From positions 3,100,363-3,164,362 of the forward strand of contig BFEA01000011.1 in assembly GCA_003427395.1 (NCBI GenBank): a stretch of DNA of 64,000 nt. Direction: 5' to 3'. The position numbers were made by a program, and so were the translations under genes. Below, piece after piece: positions 35,504 through 48,400 of the stretch (positions within the stretch are counted from its first letter, which is position 1; each line of letters starts with the position of its first letter). The DNA comes from Chara braunii (taxonomy: Eukaryota; Plantae; Charophyceae). Under the pieces are notes generated by a model. That model was not told the origin of the DNA, ran no database searches, and saw only the letters and a program-made list of their open reading frames with translations.

Positions 35504-36332
35504 GGATGCTGCACAATACTGTTGGACACACGTATACAGGCAGAGGTTTCCTTGTGAAATGCGGATTGTGGGAATGGGATGTTGATTTGATGGATCCAAT
35601 CCTTTCCAAGGTATTTCCCCTCTTTGGGGGATGTTATTTTCTCCTCCACTTTGTAAATTGCCTCCTCCTCTTTGTTCTCCATTAGTCCTCCGATGTTCAC
35701 TTTGTCTCTGCTCCAGTTGTCTTTGTTTTTTTTTTGTTTTTTTTAAGATTTTGCAGGTTGAGGTATAGGCAGGCCCTAGATAAATGGCTTTATCTTGCAG
35801 GGACGGTCGCAAGAGAAAGCCATTTATCTAGCTACAGAGTAATAGAGTATATCTAAGTTTAGCAGGACGTGGGCAGTGCTGCACGTGGATGGCTTTTCCC
35901 TTCTGGTTTAGCCTTTGGTTCTTGATTTACATGATGGTGATCGTCGCAAGAACGTGACTTCAACGGACTCTGTGCATGCCTCCCTACGTGACCTGCCAAA
36001 GTCTTCGTAATTTTCAATGGTCGGCTGTGTCAGCCGTTGATGGACCGCTATTGAATCAGCTCTGCTTGAGCGGTGGCGATATGGAAGGCCCAATCGTGGC
36101 AGTGGTTCTGACGTTTCGTTTTTTCTTTCTATTGCGTTTTGTTTCTGTCGGCCTTTGTTTTCTGCATGTGGAGGGAAGCAGACATTTTTTTGTTTTGGGG
36201 GTTTCCGATTTTCTTGTTTTTAACTCTCGGGGCGGTGGTGCGGATGATAGAAAACAATCGTTAAAATTGCAACGATACAGAGAGGATTAGCATTGCACGT
36301 GTGCAAGGATGACACACAAATCGAGAAAAGAC

Positions 36333-36648
36333 TACCGTCTTCCCCCGGACACAACACACCCTCATCATGAATGCATACAAGCGATCTTTCCGGTCCGATG
36401 CAGTCACAATGAAGGTGCATGATGTTCGGGGGAGGATGGCAGCCCATCAATGTCCTTGGATAGGTCATATCTTTATTTAAGTTTGTTCTGTGTCTCTCAA
36501 CTCATAAGTTTTCTGTATGTGAGCTAGCCGGCATTGACTAGCAGTCTTCCCCCGAATACAACGTACGGTCATTATAGCTGAATTTGGCCTATCTTTCAGT
36601 CTAAATTCAGCTATAATGACCGTACGTTGTATTCGGGGGAAGACTGTA
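36333..36648. mobile_element. Two MITE family A copies (36333-36441 diverged; 36539-36648 near-perfect palindrome)
   Basis: cagtcttcccccgaatacaacgtacggtcattatagctgaatt...aattcagctataatgaccgtacgttgtattcgggggaagactg. Confidence 0.8.
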
Positions 36649-37335
36649 GGAGTATTGATGTGAGGATGGGTTGGGAGGTGGTCTCATATTCCAGGACACC
36701 CGCGGCTCACACTTCCAGGTGATCACTGTGCACACATTGACTGGCCTCTACAACACCCTGGACTTCAAAAAAAAAAAAAAAAAAAGGGTTGGGGGCCTAT
36801 CCTGTCAGAACAACCATTGGCTGCCGCTACGAGCAATCACGGCGGGTCTGGTCCTTGGCCTCTAGAACACCCTTGGCTCTTTTTTTTTTTTTTTAAGAAA
36901 AAGAAGAGAAAAAAGCTTGGCCCTTTGCTTTCTTTACTAGAACATGTGAACCCACCGAGGTGAAGCCACGGCCCAGGGGCAGGCCCACCCTAGGCACGGC
37001 CATTATCTGGCCCGAGCAACATTGAGGGTGTTTGTTTAGAAGATGAGGGACGCACAGCATTCGGGGGGGCATCGGGCGGGCAAGGTATCAGCATGCTGTC
37101 GGATCCTTTGTAAATCAGAACTATGTTATTGTGGTCGCCGCTGGATTCAAACTCATGTCTGCAATTCAACAGTTTCATGTGTGCATGAACTGAGCAGCCT
37201 GCCAAATTGAATGCGCAAAATGAGAAGGAATCTTCCACAAGAACATAGGAAGATACACGGCGACGGACATATATATTGAAAAGAAATCCCGGTGTGAGTA
37301 TGGACTAAGGAGCTGCCAGCTGTAATTGTCGCTGC

Positions 37336-37792
<457 letters not shown>

Positions 37793-38329
37793 GTGGGATG
37801 GGCAGGAGTGGAGGAAGGAGAAAGGGAATAGTACTTCATAAGTGCGGAATTACTGCGAGATGGGCAAGAATGAAATGGACAGGCTTACTTCTGGTGATGA
37901 TAAGGGCTTCAGTCAAGCTCAGTGTTTTTACTTTGAAAAACAAGAAAAAAAAACAACGACGAGAAGGCAGGTGAAGTGGAGGCAAGAAGTAAGAGGAAGA
38001 GGAGGAGGAAGTGATGATGAATTTTCTGGCAGTCACAGTGATGAGAGGTATGAGAGGAACAACAGTGAATGATCTGGAGGAGGAGAGGGGTGTGCGGGGG
38101 AGGGGGGTGAAGTGCGGACACTGGGAAGGAGTAAATGGAGGAGGAGGAGGAGGGAGAAATCAATGATGAATTGACAGATGGGAGTGACGGTGAGGTCTTG
38201 CAGTTAGCATTGATTACGAGCAGTTGTTGCACCGAGGAGCAGCAGCCCATGCGTAGGGCAGTGTAGTCAAGACGGTGCGTGTGTGGCCTTATCTATCTGT
38301 AGACATGGAGAGATTAAATTGGAAGAGTC

Positions 38330-40130
38330 GTCACACTTGGTGGAGCTAGCCCTCCTCAGAAAAAGCTGTCCTTTGAACCACCGCTTCCTCCGATCCTCTT
38401 TTGCTGAGGTGGACTCCCCCTGCACACCAATCCCACTGTCAGATGTTGAGTAGCTACCCCTCCACTGATCGGATACGACTGATTGCGACTGTGTGTTCCC
38501 AGGGGCACCCCCTGTGGTGTTGTTTGCTGTTGGCTACTTGGCTGGCTTCTTCCGGGCAGTGCCTGCTGTTGGCAATTCCCTTGCCCTAGTTGAAGATGTT
38601 GTTGTTGCCCGATCGTACTTGCTTGCTGTCGGTCGAGTACCCGTTTGCTGCTGCTGAGTGCTCGTTCCTGACTGCTGATGAGGAAGATGACTCGTGGCTT
38701 GTCCGGATTGTTGTTGTTGGTGGTGTTGGATTTGTTGTGCTTGTCCTCCGGCTGTTGTCGGTTGTTGGGTACTCCTCGTGTCCCCCTGCCCCGCTCCCTG
38801 TCCGTGTCCCTGTCCCTGTCCCAATCCTCTGTTTCTAATGCTGTTCGTTGGTTGTGTGGAGGGGGTCCTTGCCCCCTTCCTCCCGGGTCTCCACGTCCAC
38901 CACTGCCACCCTTACTTCTCTTCCTCCTCTACCTCCACCCTTGCCTCTCCTCCTTCCCTCTGGCATTTCTTCTCGAGCCTCTTCTGTATGAAACCACCAT
39001 AGGCATTTCTTACACAAGGGGGAGTACTGCAAGGCTATCCTAATCTCCAAGCCCGCTCCATCCTTTGCTTCGTATATATAACCGGTCCCTGTACATGCCC
39101 CTCACCGCCGGATCGCAATCGATCTTCACGTTCCCTAACGTAGGTTCATCCTCCTTTTTGTCCGGTGGGTGCATCCCCAACACCGATCCGAAGGTGTGTT
39201 GTACTGCTCTCTTCAGACTGAACAGGGCGACCAAGGAACCCCGAAGGCGACCAGTCTGTAACGCGCCCCACCTGCTCCTCCTCTCGCATCTGCTCCGACT
39301 CTGCTTGTGTCATCCATGATTTAAATATCACTTTGAAGGTGCCCCCATGACACGGGATGTCCGCTGACTCCATCGTTGTCAACCACTGAGCGATCTGTGT
39401 TGACCTGGCCACATACGAACATGACATTCGGGCCTTCTCCATGTGTTCGGCCTCAGGATCCCAGTACCAGCCATCTTCTTATATCCTAATCAGTTGTTCC
39501 GGACGGGCCAAACTCAGCGTTTGGTCTTTCACCATAAACAGCACAATCATTGTACGTGCGTTCAACCAGTCTATGATCGTGTCGTCTATGTCATCATCCA
39601 AAACGAAGAGTCCGTAGTCGTCGTGTGCTTCTGCTGCTCCTATCTCTCGTCCAATGCCTTCCAGGAATAAGCCGTCGTCGTAGCATTTCTCCAGCAGTCT
39701 TTGTACAACTGCCTCTTCTTCCGATATCCGCTGGCCCTGTTGTGGTAGTGGCCCCAGTGCCACCGCCATGTCGGCGAGAACCCCTTTCCTTGTCTTGCCT
39801 AACCTATTCTCTCTGTTGTCTTCTGAACTCGCCCTTGACGTGCACGCTGCTAGAGCGGCGAGCGCCACGTCGCGTCTCACATTACCCACTCTCATCATAA
39901 ACCTGTAATGCTCAGGCCACCGTCCTTCCTCTCCCTTCCCCCTGGGTGAGGGGTTGGCTGCCGGCATAGCCGGTCAGCAAAGGTGGAGGGAGTGCTCGAC
40001 TTTCCCACAGCGTGCAGGGTTGGCGAGATGGTGGTACCGGTTCTGCCGAAACCGGTAGCGCTATTCCGGAGTGCGCTCGCACCCACGAACGGCGCCCGCC
40101 CGAAAAAAATGTCTCCCAGAGAGAGAGTCA
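38330..40130 (-). mobile_element. LINE ORF1 (gag-like) relic with degenerate CCHC knuckle and Gln/Gly-rich tail
   Basis: Minus ORFs 39479..39967, 39146..39442, 39040..39234, 38835..39050 and 38534..38824 tile into one frameshifted protein (EDGW, SYVARS, FKSWMT, MHPP..LGNVKID, CKKCLWWFHTEE). Confidence 0.6.
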
Positions 40131-41161
40131 GATACATTCCTCAGAGCACTGGTGTGACTTCCACCTCGTGAGGGCCTTCCCCAAAGTCGCTGGTTTCTAA
40201 ATTCTGAGAAAAGAAGAAGAAGAAAGGAAAAAAAAAGAAACTTTCGCGCACGCCGTGATAGCCATCAGATACATTCTGTGAGGTGCTGCTGAGACTGTGC
40301 CCTCAGTGAGGGCATCTGTCCCCGTGAAAAATGGATGAAGGACAAGAAAAGAGAATACTTCCCTTCTGCTGCTATCACGGTCCAATACAGTAATTATGCT
40401 ACAGTGCAGGTGTGAGTAGGACGTGAGTGAGGCAGTTGGCCGTCCCCAGTGGAATCCATGAGGCAGGGGACCAACGAGAAACGAAAACTAGAAAAACGAA
40501 AACCAAAAGATCAGCAACCACGTTCCCCACATGCTGGCCAGATACATTCCTCAGAGCACTGGTGTGACTTCCACCTTGTGAGGGCCTTCCCCGAAGTTGC
40601 GTTTTTTTTTTTTTTTCCCCCCCTCTCACTGCTGGACCGCAGGGTCCCATTTTTTTTATTTTATTTTTCCTACCGACCCTACACCGGACTCCCGAACTTT
40701 TCGGATGAGGTCATTTTCCCAAATGCGACTACAGCTCGGAACGGTAGTGGTGGTTTAAGGCTAATTCTTTTAAGCCCAACCCATTCAATTACCTCAATTT
40801 ACCTGTCAAATCTGGACAGGACGACCTCTCAGGCCTTTTTTTATTATCATTATAGCATTATGAGGAACCCCGTAGCAGCCACAACCGTGTTCAACCAGGG
40901 AACATGCGGGAGCTAAACCCACCGGCACAGGTGCGACACCTGCTTCAGCAGGTGGGCGATACCGGCCGGGGGTCAGCCGGTAGCATCAGGACCGAGCTTC
41001 TTCGATGGGCCAGTCGCTGTCCCTCCCCTCCGATCCCCTCCCCCTAGGAATATCGGCAGTCTCTGCTCAATTCCGCTGGGGGGGGACCAACAATGCGCTC
41101 AGGGGGACCATCGGTCCATCTCTTGGTGGCGGGCGCCAAGCTTGCCCAGGAAGGTACATGA

Positions 41162-41229
41162 GGCCAATGGGGATCGAACCCAAGACCTCCTGAATGCCAC
41201 TTGTGTTGCCTTACCAACTGAGCTCGGCC
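41162..41229 (-). mobile_element. tRNA-like sequence / SINE head
   Basis: Minus strand GGCCGAGCTCAGTTGGTAAGGC...GGTCTTGGGTTCGATCCCCATTGGCC: acceptor stem, D-loop and T-loop present; anticodon arm broken. Confidence 0.6.
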
Positions 41230-41234
41230 GCTGT

Positions 41235-42100
41235 ATTATTGTTGTTGTCGAGTGAGTTCTGTTGTTGTTTTGATTTTCCCTTGAGACCGGTCCAGGCTGT
41301 GTGGATGTTTTTTTTTTTTTAGCTGTTACTTTTTCAGCAATTTGTTGTTTTGCTTCCATGTGTCCAAAGCTGTATTCTTGTCTTTTGTGCGAGCGTCTGG
41401 CTTGCCAGATTGTCATAAGCAGTTCCAAGCTAGTATATCTGAACAGATTTGATTCAGAAATATTCCAAGATGACTATAGTTTTGTTTGTTGCCCCAGCAA
41501 CAGTAGGGCTGGATGCCATGGCAGGTGCATGCCAGTGAGGGAACACCATGCCGCATCCCACCATCTCCAGATGTGTACTGCCATGGGGCATTCCAGGAAA
41601 GAGTGTTCCAAATCCGCTCTTCGTTGAGGGGACGATTTACGATGGTAGCAAGAGCAGATCGGGGATAGGATTCCCTTTGTTGCAGTCCTGAGAGTGATAC
41701 GATCCAGTCTGGCGTAGGCAGGCATCTGTAGAGGATCTGCCACTGGAGTGCTCGCTGTGATGTCGGCATCCGACGGGCAAATTCACGCCACTTCAAGTTT
41801 TGTAGGCCTTGTGCTGTGCTTGCTGAGTTTATCTACCATCGCTGCTTGATTATTTCTTTTGTGTTCTTTGTTATGTAGGTTTTCCTGTGAGAGTCTTTTA
41901 CCATGTATTTCCAGATGGGCAGCGGAGTGCTTCCCCCGCATTGCCACTCCGCAGGATCAAAGGTCGGCGGTGAGCGACGGTGCAGGGGATCTCGCTACGG
42001 CAGAAGGGAGGTGATCCAAGAGTAGGAACAGCTATGCGCACATGCGGTGCATGTGTTCAGTTTTGGGGTGAAGCATATGCAATAGGGGCCTCAGGAGTCA
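41235..42100 (-). mobile_element. 5'-truncated LINE ORF2 3' end with A/AAC-rich tail
   Basis: LQWQILYRCLPTPDW and EHSFLECP (zf-RVT-like) in minus ORFs; tail at 41235-41320. Confidence 0.75.
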
Positions 42101-42649
42101 GAACCCCGTAGATACCCCTTTTCTCGACCCTAGTGAATACCATGGAAAGAAACCCCCTTGATCCTTGGCAGTGGCCGTCCATGACACGCAACAGGGGAAT
42201 GGATCCGTACGCCCTGCCTTTTTAGCGCTTTTCTGGGTCTTGAGCCCGGGCCCGCCGTGCCCTGCTCTGGACCAATGGGCATTAACCCTTCACCAAAGGA
42301 TGCCTTTTGACAACCAGGATTTCCTAACACTACGCCCGACCAACTTCTCCCTCAAACCGCAGCGCGTTGCTCCTACCGCCTCAAGGCTTGAATTACAGCC
42401 TCTGCAGTGAATGCAGAATTGAGCACTTGGCAGCATTGATTGCCCCGTCGCCAGGAGATTGACTGCCAGTGGCTCAAGAAGACTAGATCCTGCTGAGGCA
42501 GCCAGCAGATAAAGATTGAAGCCGGCCTTTTCAGCCTCTCTGGCCACCAGACCGACAGCATTACTCCTGGCCGTCAGCATCAGTTGCCTCCGCACCACTG
42601 CAGGTCCACCATTGAGAGGCTGTGGGTTGGAAATAGACCTGGATCTCCA

Positions 42650-45411
42650 AGGGGGGGGGAATTGCAGCGTCCACTTTGGTCGAGTCCTTGACGACGATAT
42701 TGTAGTCCCGATGGAAGGCCCCTTGACGTGTGACTGCCTGACTTCTGCTGTCCCATCAGATATAGGCTATCCAGGCCCCTTGCTCACACCCAAGTCCGAG
42801 AAACGATTGATCTTCTGTGTTATATCACTCGTTGTCTGCAAAAGATCCAATTGTGCTTTCACTTTCATCCATTGCACCGTAAGGTCTTATTGAACTTGCT
42901 GTTTATTAATTATGTGACTTCTTCTCCCTCTATTCGCACATTTTCCATGACGTGTATGCATTGTTTCCTCCAGGGGGCCCATAGGACGGCCTTTCTTCCG
43001 ATCTTGAATGCGTTGTCCTCAAAGGCTCTGCCCGCTGGAGAGTGCCATATGCCCGCATAAGAGGGCCCTCCATTCCCATGGCCAGGTCGACTCCATTCCC
43101 ATCTGGCGCCAGATCCTGTCCCACCAGCGCCATGTAAGGATCACTTCCCAGATATTTTAAGAAAATGTGTTCTATCGTTTCAGGGATTTTGTGAGGGGGA
43201 AAGACGCCATGGCATGACTTGCACCATGGAAGGGCCAGGCCGTTCTGTTCCGGATATGTTTGGTCTATTAACCAGTCGTTTGTAGGCAGACAGCGATGCT
43301 CTATCTGCCGTTGCAGGGAGGCTATCTTAGCTAGTTTAATCTTGGTTGCCATGAACCAGCAGATCGGCCTAATATTGGGTCATCCATCGCTCCCTAACCA
43401 TATCTTTGGGGTTGACCCTCGGTCTCGACATCTTGTAGGTGGCTTTCACCGTCAGGCCAAATATTGATGTGTTTTTGCGGTCCGTTCTTCTCCTCACTGT
43501 TGGTCGTTGTCATTACTCCGGATCAAACGGTAGTTCCACGAGCGGGGTATCGGGGCAGGATGTTGTCCAGTCTCCTCGTTCGTGGAGCATCCTCATCCTA
43601 AAGAGTTGCCTGCTTTCATACCATCTTACCTGTCTGGTGAGTACCTGCTGAGGGGGCCACTTTTGTTCTTGTGGAAGAGGTTAACCAGGCCCCGGTCTCC
43701 ACATACCTCAACTACATTACCCACACTCTCTGAGTCCCCTGGATGGCAATGCAGTCGCCCTCGGGAAGTGACGGCCCCTTGTGCAGAATGCATGCCCAGT
43801 ACTACACACTAACGGGATAGAGTAGATAAGTAGTTAAAGTTTTCCCCAGATTATGGTAGCCCTTCACAGGCGGACTTAATTGCTGTTCTGTTTTCCAGTC
43901 TCGGATTTCCAGGTTCCATATATCTCTTACTGTCATTAGACCTCTCTTCACCCAGTTGCTCCCCTGGGGTCGGAGCTGTGATATACCAGGCCTTTGTTGT
44001 CCTTGATATTCCTGTTGCTAAACAAGGGTTGTCTCGCCACCTCCTCCGATCTTCTGGGTGCTGATCTATTTAGCAATGGAAGCTGGTGCCACGCTCGCAG
44101 GGCCTTCACCCAAAACTCATCCCTTTCCATATCCCCCCTTGCCACCCTCCCCTTTGTCACCTCATGCGCCCTAGCCCTCCCGGGGATGACCTAAAAGCAG
44201 TTCTCCGGCTAGGACAGAGGGTCGACTTCAGGGAAGGGCTTGGGGGCTAGTCTGGCGATCTGCACAAGCGTCGCCCTCGAGGGGTTGTCGGGTATGAACA
44301 GCATCCTCCTCAGCCACTGCACGGTAAGAGCGGTGATCTAAATGATTGGGTCTAATATTCTCAAGACCCCCTTGTCTTTTGCTTGAATGATTGATGGTCA
44401 GGCCACCCTGCGAATTGAGTTAGGACAACCGCTGCTTCCCCTCCATAGCAGCGTCATCAGTTGGCTCTTGAGTGCTCTTAATTGCATCCTTGCTTAGCAC
44501 CCATATTGCAGATTTGTACCGAAGTGAGGCAAGCATCACGTTGTTGATCCCCAATGCTCTGTTGATCAAGAACGTATGCTTGTCGTTCTAATAGGCCATT
44601 TTTTCTAACGCGGGTTTTAGAATCCAGTCATTGTTTGATGTCGGTCTTCCCTGAGCGGTTAGCATGTTTCCTACCACCCTGAATGGTGTCGTTTCAAGTA
44701 ACCAATTAATTCTCGGCAGTTCAGGTAACCAATTAACGTGTCGTCACCACCGTAGGATTTTGTCCCCCAGTCAATTGTCATATCTCATAATGTTGTGAAC
44801 CGGTCCATTAGTTTCCTAATCTCTTCCATTTTTTTAAGGGAAGTCTCTACCATGAGGGTGAGGTCGTTTGCAAAAAGGGAGCAAATAGGAATTGCCTCTT
44901 TTGCGATGAATGGGATATGTAACCGCTTCATATCCTTATTCACGCGAAGGTTTGTTGCCAGTGTCTCCATCATGATGATGAAAAGAAAGGGGGTCAGAAG
45001 GTCTCCTTGGCGAATTGATCTCTAGGACCATCTGGCCATTTACTTGGATTCTCATGGTGTATTACAGTATCGTCGTCCATCGCCGAAACGGGGGTCAAAA
45101 TTAATCATTCCCAAACATTACTCGAGAAAAAGTCAGTCTATGTGGTCATAGTCTTTCTCGAAGTCGATGAAAATAATCGTTGTTTTTGTCTTGCTTAACA
45201 CATTTTCTTAAATCCTTCAGCCCTTTACGAATTTTGTCTGCAGTGGATGAATAATATTTTCTAGGACGAGTCAAGTTTAATCAACCGTTTGGCAAGGGCT
45301 TTTGCTACATCTTATAGACTATTGTCAATAAGATGATGAGACGGTAGTTCCTAATATCAATTTTGTCCCTTTTTTTCTCATGCAACAAGGTAAGGACCCC
45401 TTGCCCATCTC
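42650..45411 (-). mobile_element. Decayed L1/Tx1-like LINE ORF2 (RT to zinc finger)
   Basis: GQGVLTLL..DKIDIRNYR, IDFEKDYDH, IRQGDLLTP, LFANDL, QPLFSN, HRCLPTNDWL, ETIEHIF; many stops; homologous to 59040-63880. Confidence 0.85.
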
Positions 45412-48400
45412 TCGAACGTGTCCATATCGACGGTAGTTGTAGCGGTTTGATTACTTTTTTTGTGTTATGGCACAAAAGGTGTTCTCCCTCATTGCCACTT
45501 CGCATGATCAAAGTAGAGGGAACAAGTAAGTGTTAACATTTCATATGCCGACCATCCATCTTTTTCATCTTCTGTAACCCTCATCTGGACGAGTTGTAAA
45601 CAAGATTCTTGTCTGTCAAAATCTCAATTTCTTGTTAATTTGGAGCATTTTGCACAAGGAATGGGAGGTTGAAAAATTTCCAGAGATGCTCCATCTTATT
45701 AACTTTGTAGATTGGCATGGGGAGGGGCCGGGAGGAAGCCTCTATGACTCAGTCCCTATTAGAGGGTCGTTATCCAAGGCACCAATATAGCCTCTTCAAT
45801 TTCTCATATGTCGACTTTTAATATTTTTTTAGTGTTAATCTCGGTTTGTTGCCACGTTTTCCATACTAAAGTTGAAAAGATCTACGGTCGTAAAGATCTA
45901 CAGTCGTAAAGATACTTTTCTTCACCCATGAGAGCTCATGGGATTGTTGATGGATGAGTTCGTCGTATATAAGGTCGTACTCTATACTTATAGGGACTAT
46001 AAAGGACTTAGGAGCAGAACATGGAAAATTTAGTGGTATCGTTGGTTTTCATAATGAGTGTAGCTTCTCAGACGTACGTGTAGTTTAGTGTACAACATTA
46101 TTATACTGACCAGCTATATGCGGCATCTTAACAACCAATGAAGTTTATTAGGTGTAACGTTGTTGAGTGCATCGGCTCCCAACGTTTTTCGCGAAAGGCG
46201 AGAGCCCTCCTGGCCACGTCACGCAGGGAGTAAAACAAAACACAAGAGAACTTAGAACGATGTGTGGATAGTAAACCACCGAAATGAACGCGGTTACGTC
46301 GTCTCGAGCCGCTCTAGCCAGGTGCGGCAGCTGTACTTTCCATGGTCCCCTACGACAGGATAGGTTCCCGAGGGGCACAACTTACCTTCCCTAAGGGGTT
46401 GTCACCGCCCTTAGGGGTGTATCCCTACCGAGCTACTCATCCACGTACAAAAGTTTTTTAGTCTTTTTAGATGCAATCATAGAGGTAGATGAGTCGAGGG
46501 CGTTTACTCGTTCGCAGTAGTATAGATACGCTTAGTTAAACGCCAAACGGACCCGGGCGTCGTCCGTTACTTAGGGTGTTGATCTCCTAAGCACGAAGCG
46601 TATGCCGGTCGACTACGATGGTCTCAACCAAGCGTGAAACTCAAAATTAATCATAGTTTCTTAGACGCACAGTCAAAAAAAAGTTATAACAACGACACAT
46701 AATGATCCAACAGTTGTCAATAGGAATGTATATCCAATCTAAAATGATAAATGGAAAATTTTGAATCATCATAAGGAACGTCCAATGACACAAGATTAAA
46801 ATAAAAATCCGACCATCTGGGGTGGAACTCGATGAACATAAATAGCATATTGAGCCACCAACTAGGAGTTGGCTTCGACAATAATCTCGATGCAGCCGAC
46901 AGGGTAGTCAAACCGCCTCAATTTTGACTTTATGAGGTGCATTGCCAAAGTCGTTCATTTCACCCTACCGTCGACCTAAGATTAGGCACGCACACACTCG
47001 TCTCCATACGTTTCTAATCTTCTTGGATGACAGACTACTTTGTTGATAATTCTTAATCAGGTGCATTACTAAGTGTTGCATGTCTCTCCCTTTAGGAAGT
47101 GGTTTGAGGTAGTCTTTCTCCTCGCCCGAGCACAAAGCTTGGATGTCAGAAGTTGGTCTGTCTCCACTGAATCAGCAGAGAACCACCCATAGAACGGTCC
47201 ACTCTGTGTCAATAATAGGGTCGACTCCTAAAGAAAGGAACCCTCGTCCCAGATACTTCCTAGAGAGAGAGAACGTATCCACCACGAGTAGGTTTCAATT
47301 GTTCTCATTTTTCGTAAGTTCAAGGTGACTTTGACGAAAAGAGTCAGAGAAGTTAGGGAGCAGAAATCATTTGGACAGGTATAGATAGTTGAGGTTGTTC
47401 GGGATAAAAAACGTTTTATCGGGAAAAGGGGAAGGCCATTTTTTATTTTTTTATTATATATGATGATTTTATTTTTTTTACAGTACCCATTGAACATACT
47501 TATTTCAAAATACATGCGCTTTTAACATGCAAGCAGCGAAAGGTAAAAAATAGGACAAACATTTTCCTCTTCTCAAGTAGGTATAATCAATTTAGTTTTC
47601 TAGCACCCATTTAACCGACCTGCACCAAACAAACAAGTTAAAAGGAAACAAATGCAACCTCATACTCAAGTCAGACTTTTTCATTCACATGCATAACTTG
47701 CACAATTTTCCTCTATTTTTTTTTCGAACATTCAAAACAAACAGGGTCAAGCAAAGTGTGGGTTAACACAGGTGTAAATGGAAATCCGAGTCAATGACTG
47801 ACCTTTCTTGAATTGGTTCACTCAAGAAAGACGAGTAATATCTCAATCCGATAAAAAATAATTGTCGTTGAAGCACAAAATATGCGGCCCACAACTCTAC
47901 AACCACCACAACCACCTCCTTCAATCACAGTGTTTGCACAAAACAACCACCACAACCGCTCATGTCTCAACTTCAAGTTGATCCAACTGGTCCAAAGATG
48001 GTTCCCCGTGGTCGGACACTCTCACTCACAACGCTGAAAACTCTCACAAAAAAGTTGGAAAAAACACTTGCATTGCAACCTAAGAAAAAATCAACAGTGA
48101 CTCCCGATGCAAAATCACAAGCGCAGCGAATCCCACTGATCACTCGGTGCGCCACAAATTCCGACAACGTTCACTCGGATCGTGTGCACTGAAAACAAAG
48201 TCGTTGACCCACGTACCCAAGGTAATTTCCTACTTCAAAATGAACCAATTGCCTCGTAGAGCGGTACCAATGATCTTGCCCCCCTCCACATGTTGATTAC
48301 GCGCACAAACTTACCACTCAAAAGTTAATCCCCGGCGAAAACGACACTCCCATCTAGGCCCAATATATGCACCAACACTCACACCACTGTTGGGTCAAGC

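Larger units (their letters stand above)
33399..36095 (+). pseudogene. Possible decayed METTL22-like (family 16 lysine methyltransferase) pseudogene
   Basis: Collinear fragments: SDTTVGDIGGQIWKA (~33660-33705), KELFAQDGLE..AG (~34480), VAQM...DH...EVLRVC (~34850-34950), FKFNSTEV|GCCTILL (split by a MITE), KAIYLATE* (~35817), MPPYV (~35976); stops and insertions present; similarity from memory only. Confidence 0.4.

Noticed and set aside
40130-40185. HDV-like ribozyme in the LINE 5' region
   Set aside because: Could not build the P1/P2/P3 nested pseudoknot on either strand
41162-41229. Functional tRNA gene
   Set aside because: Anticodon stem does not pair and spacing is non-canonical; kept as a SINE head
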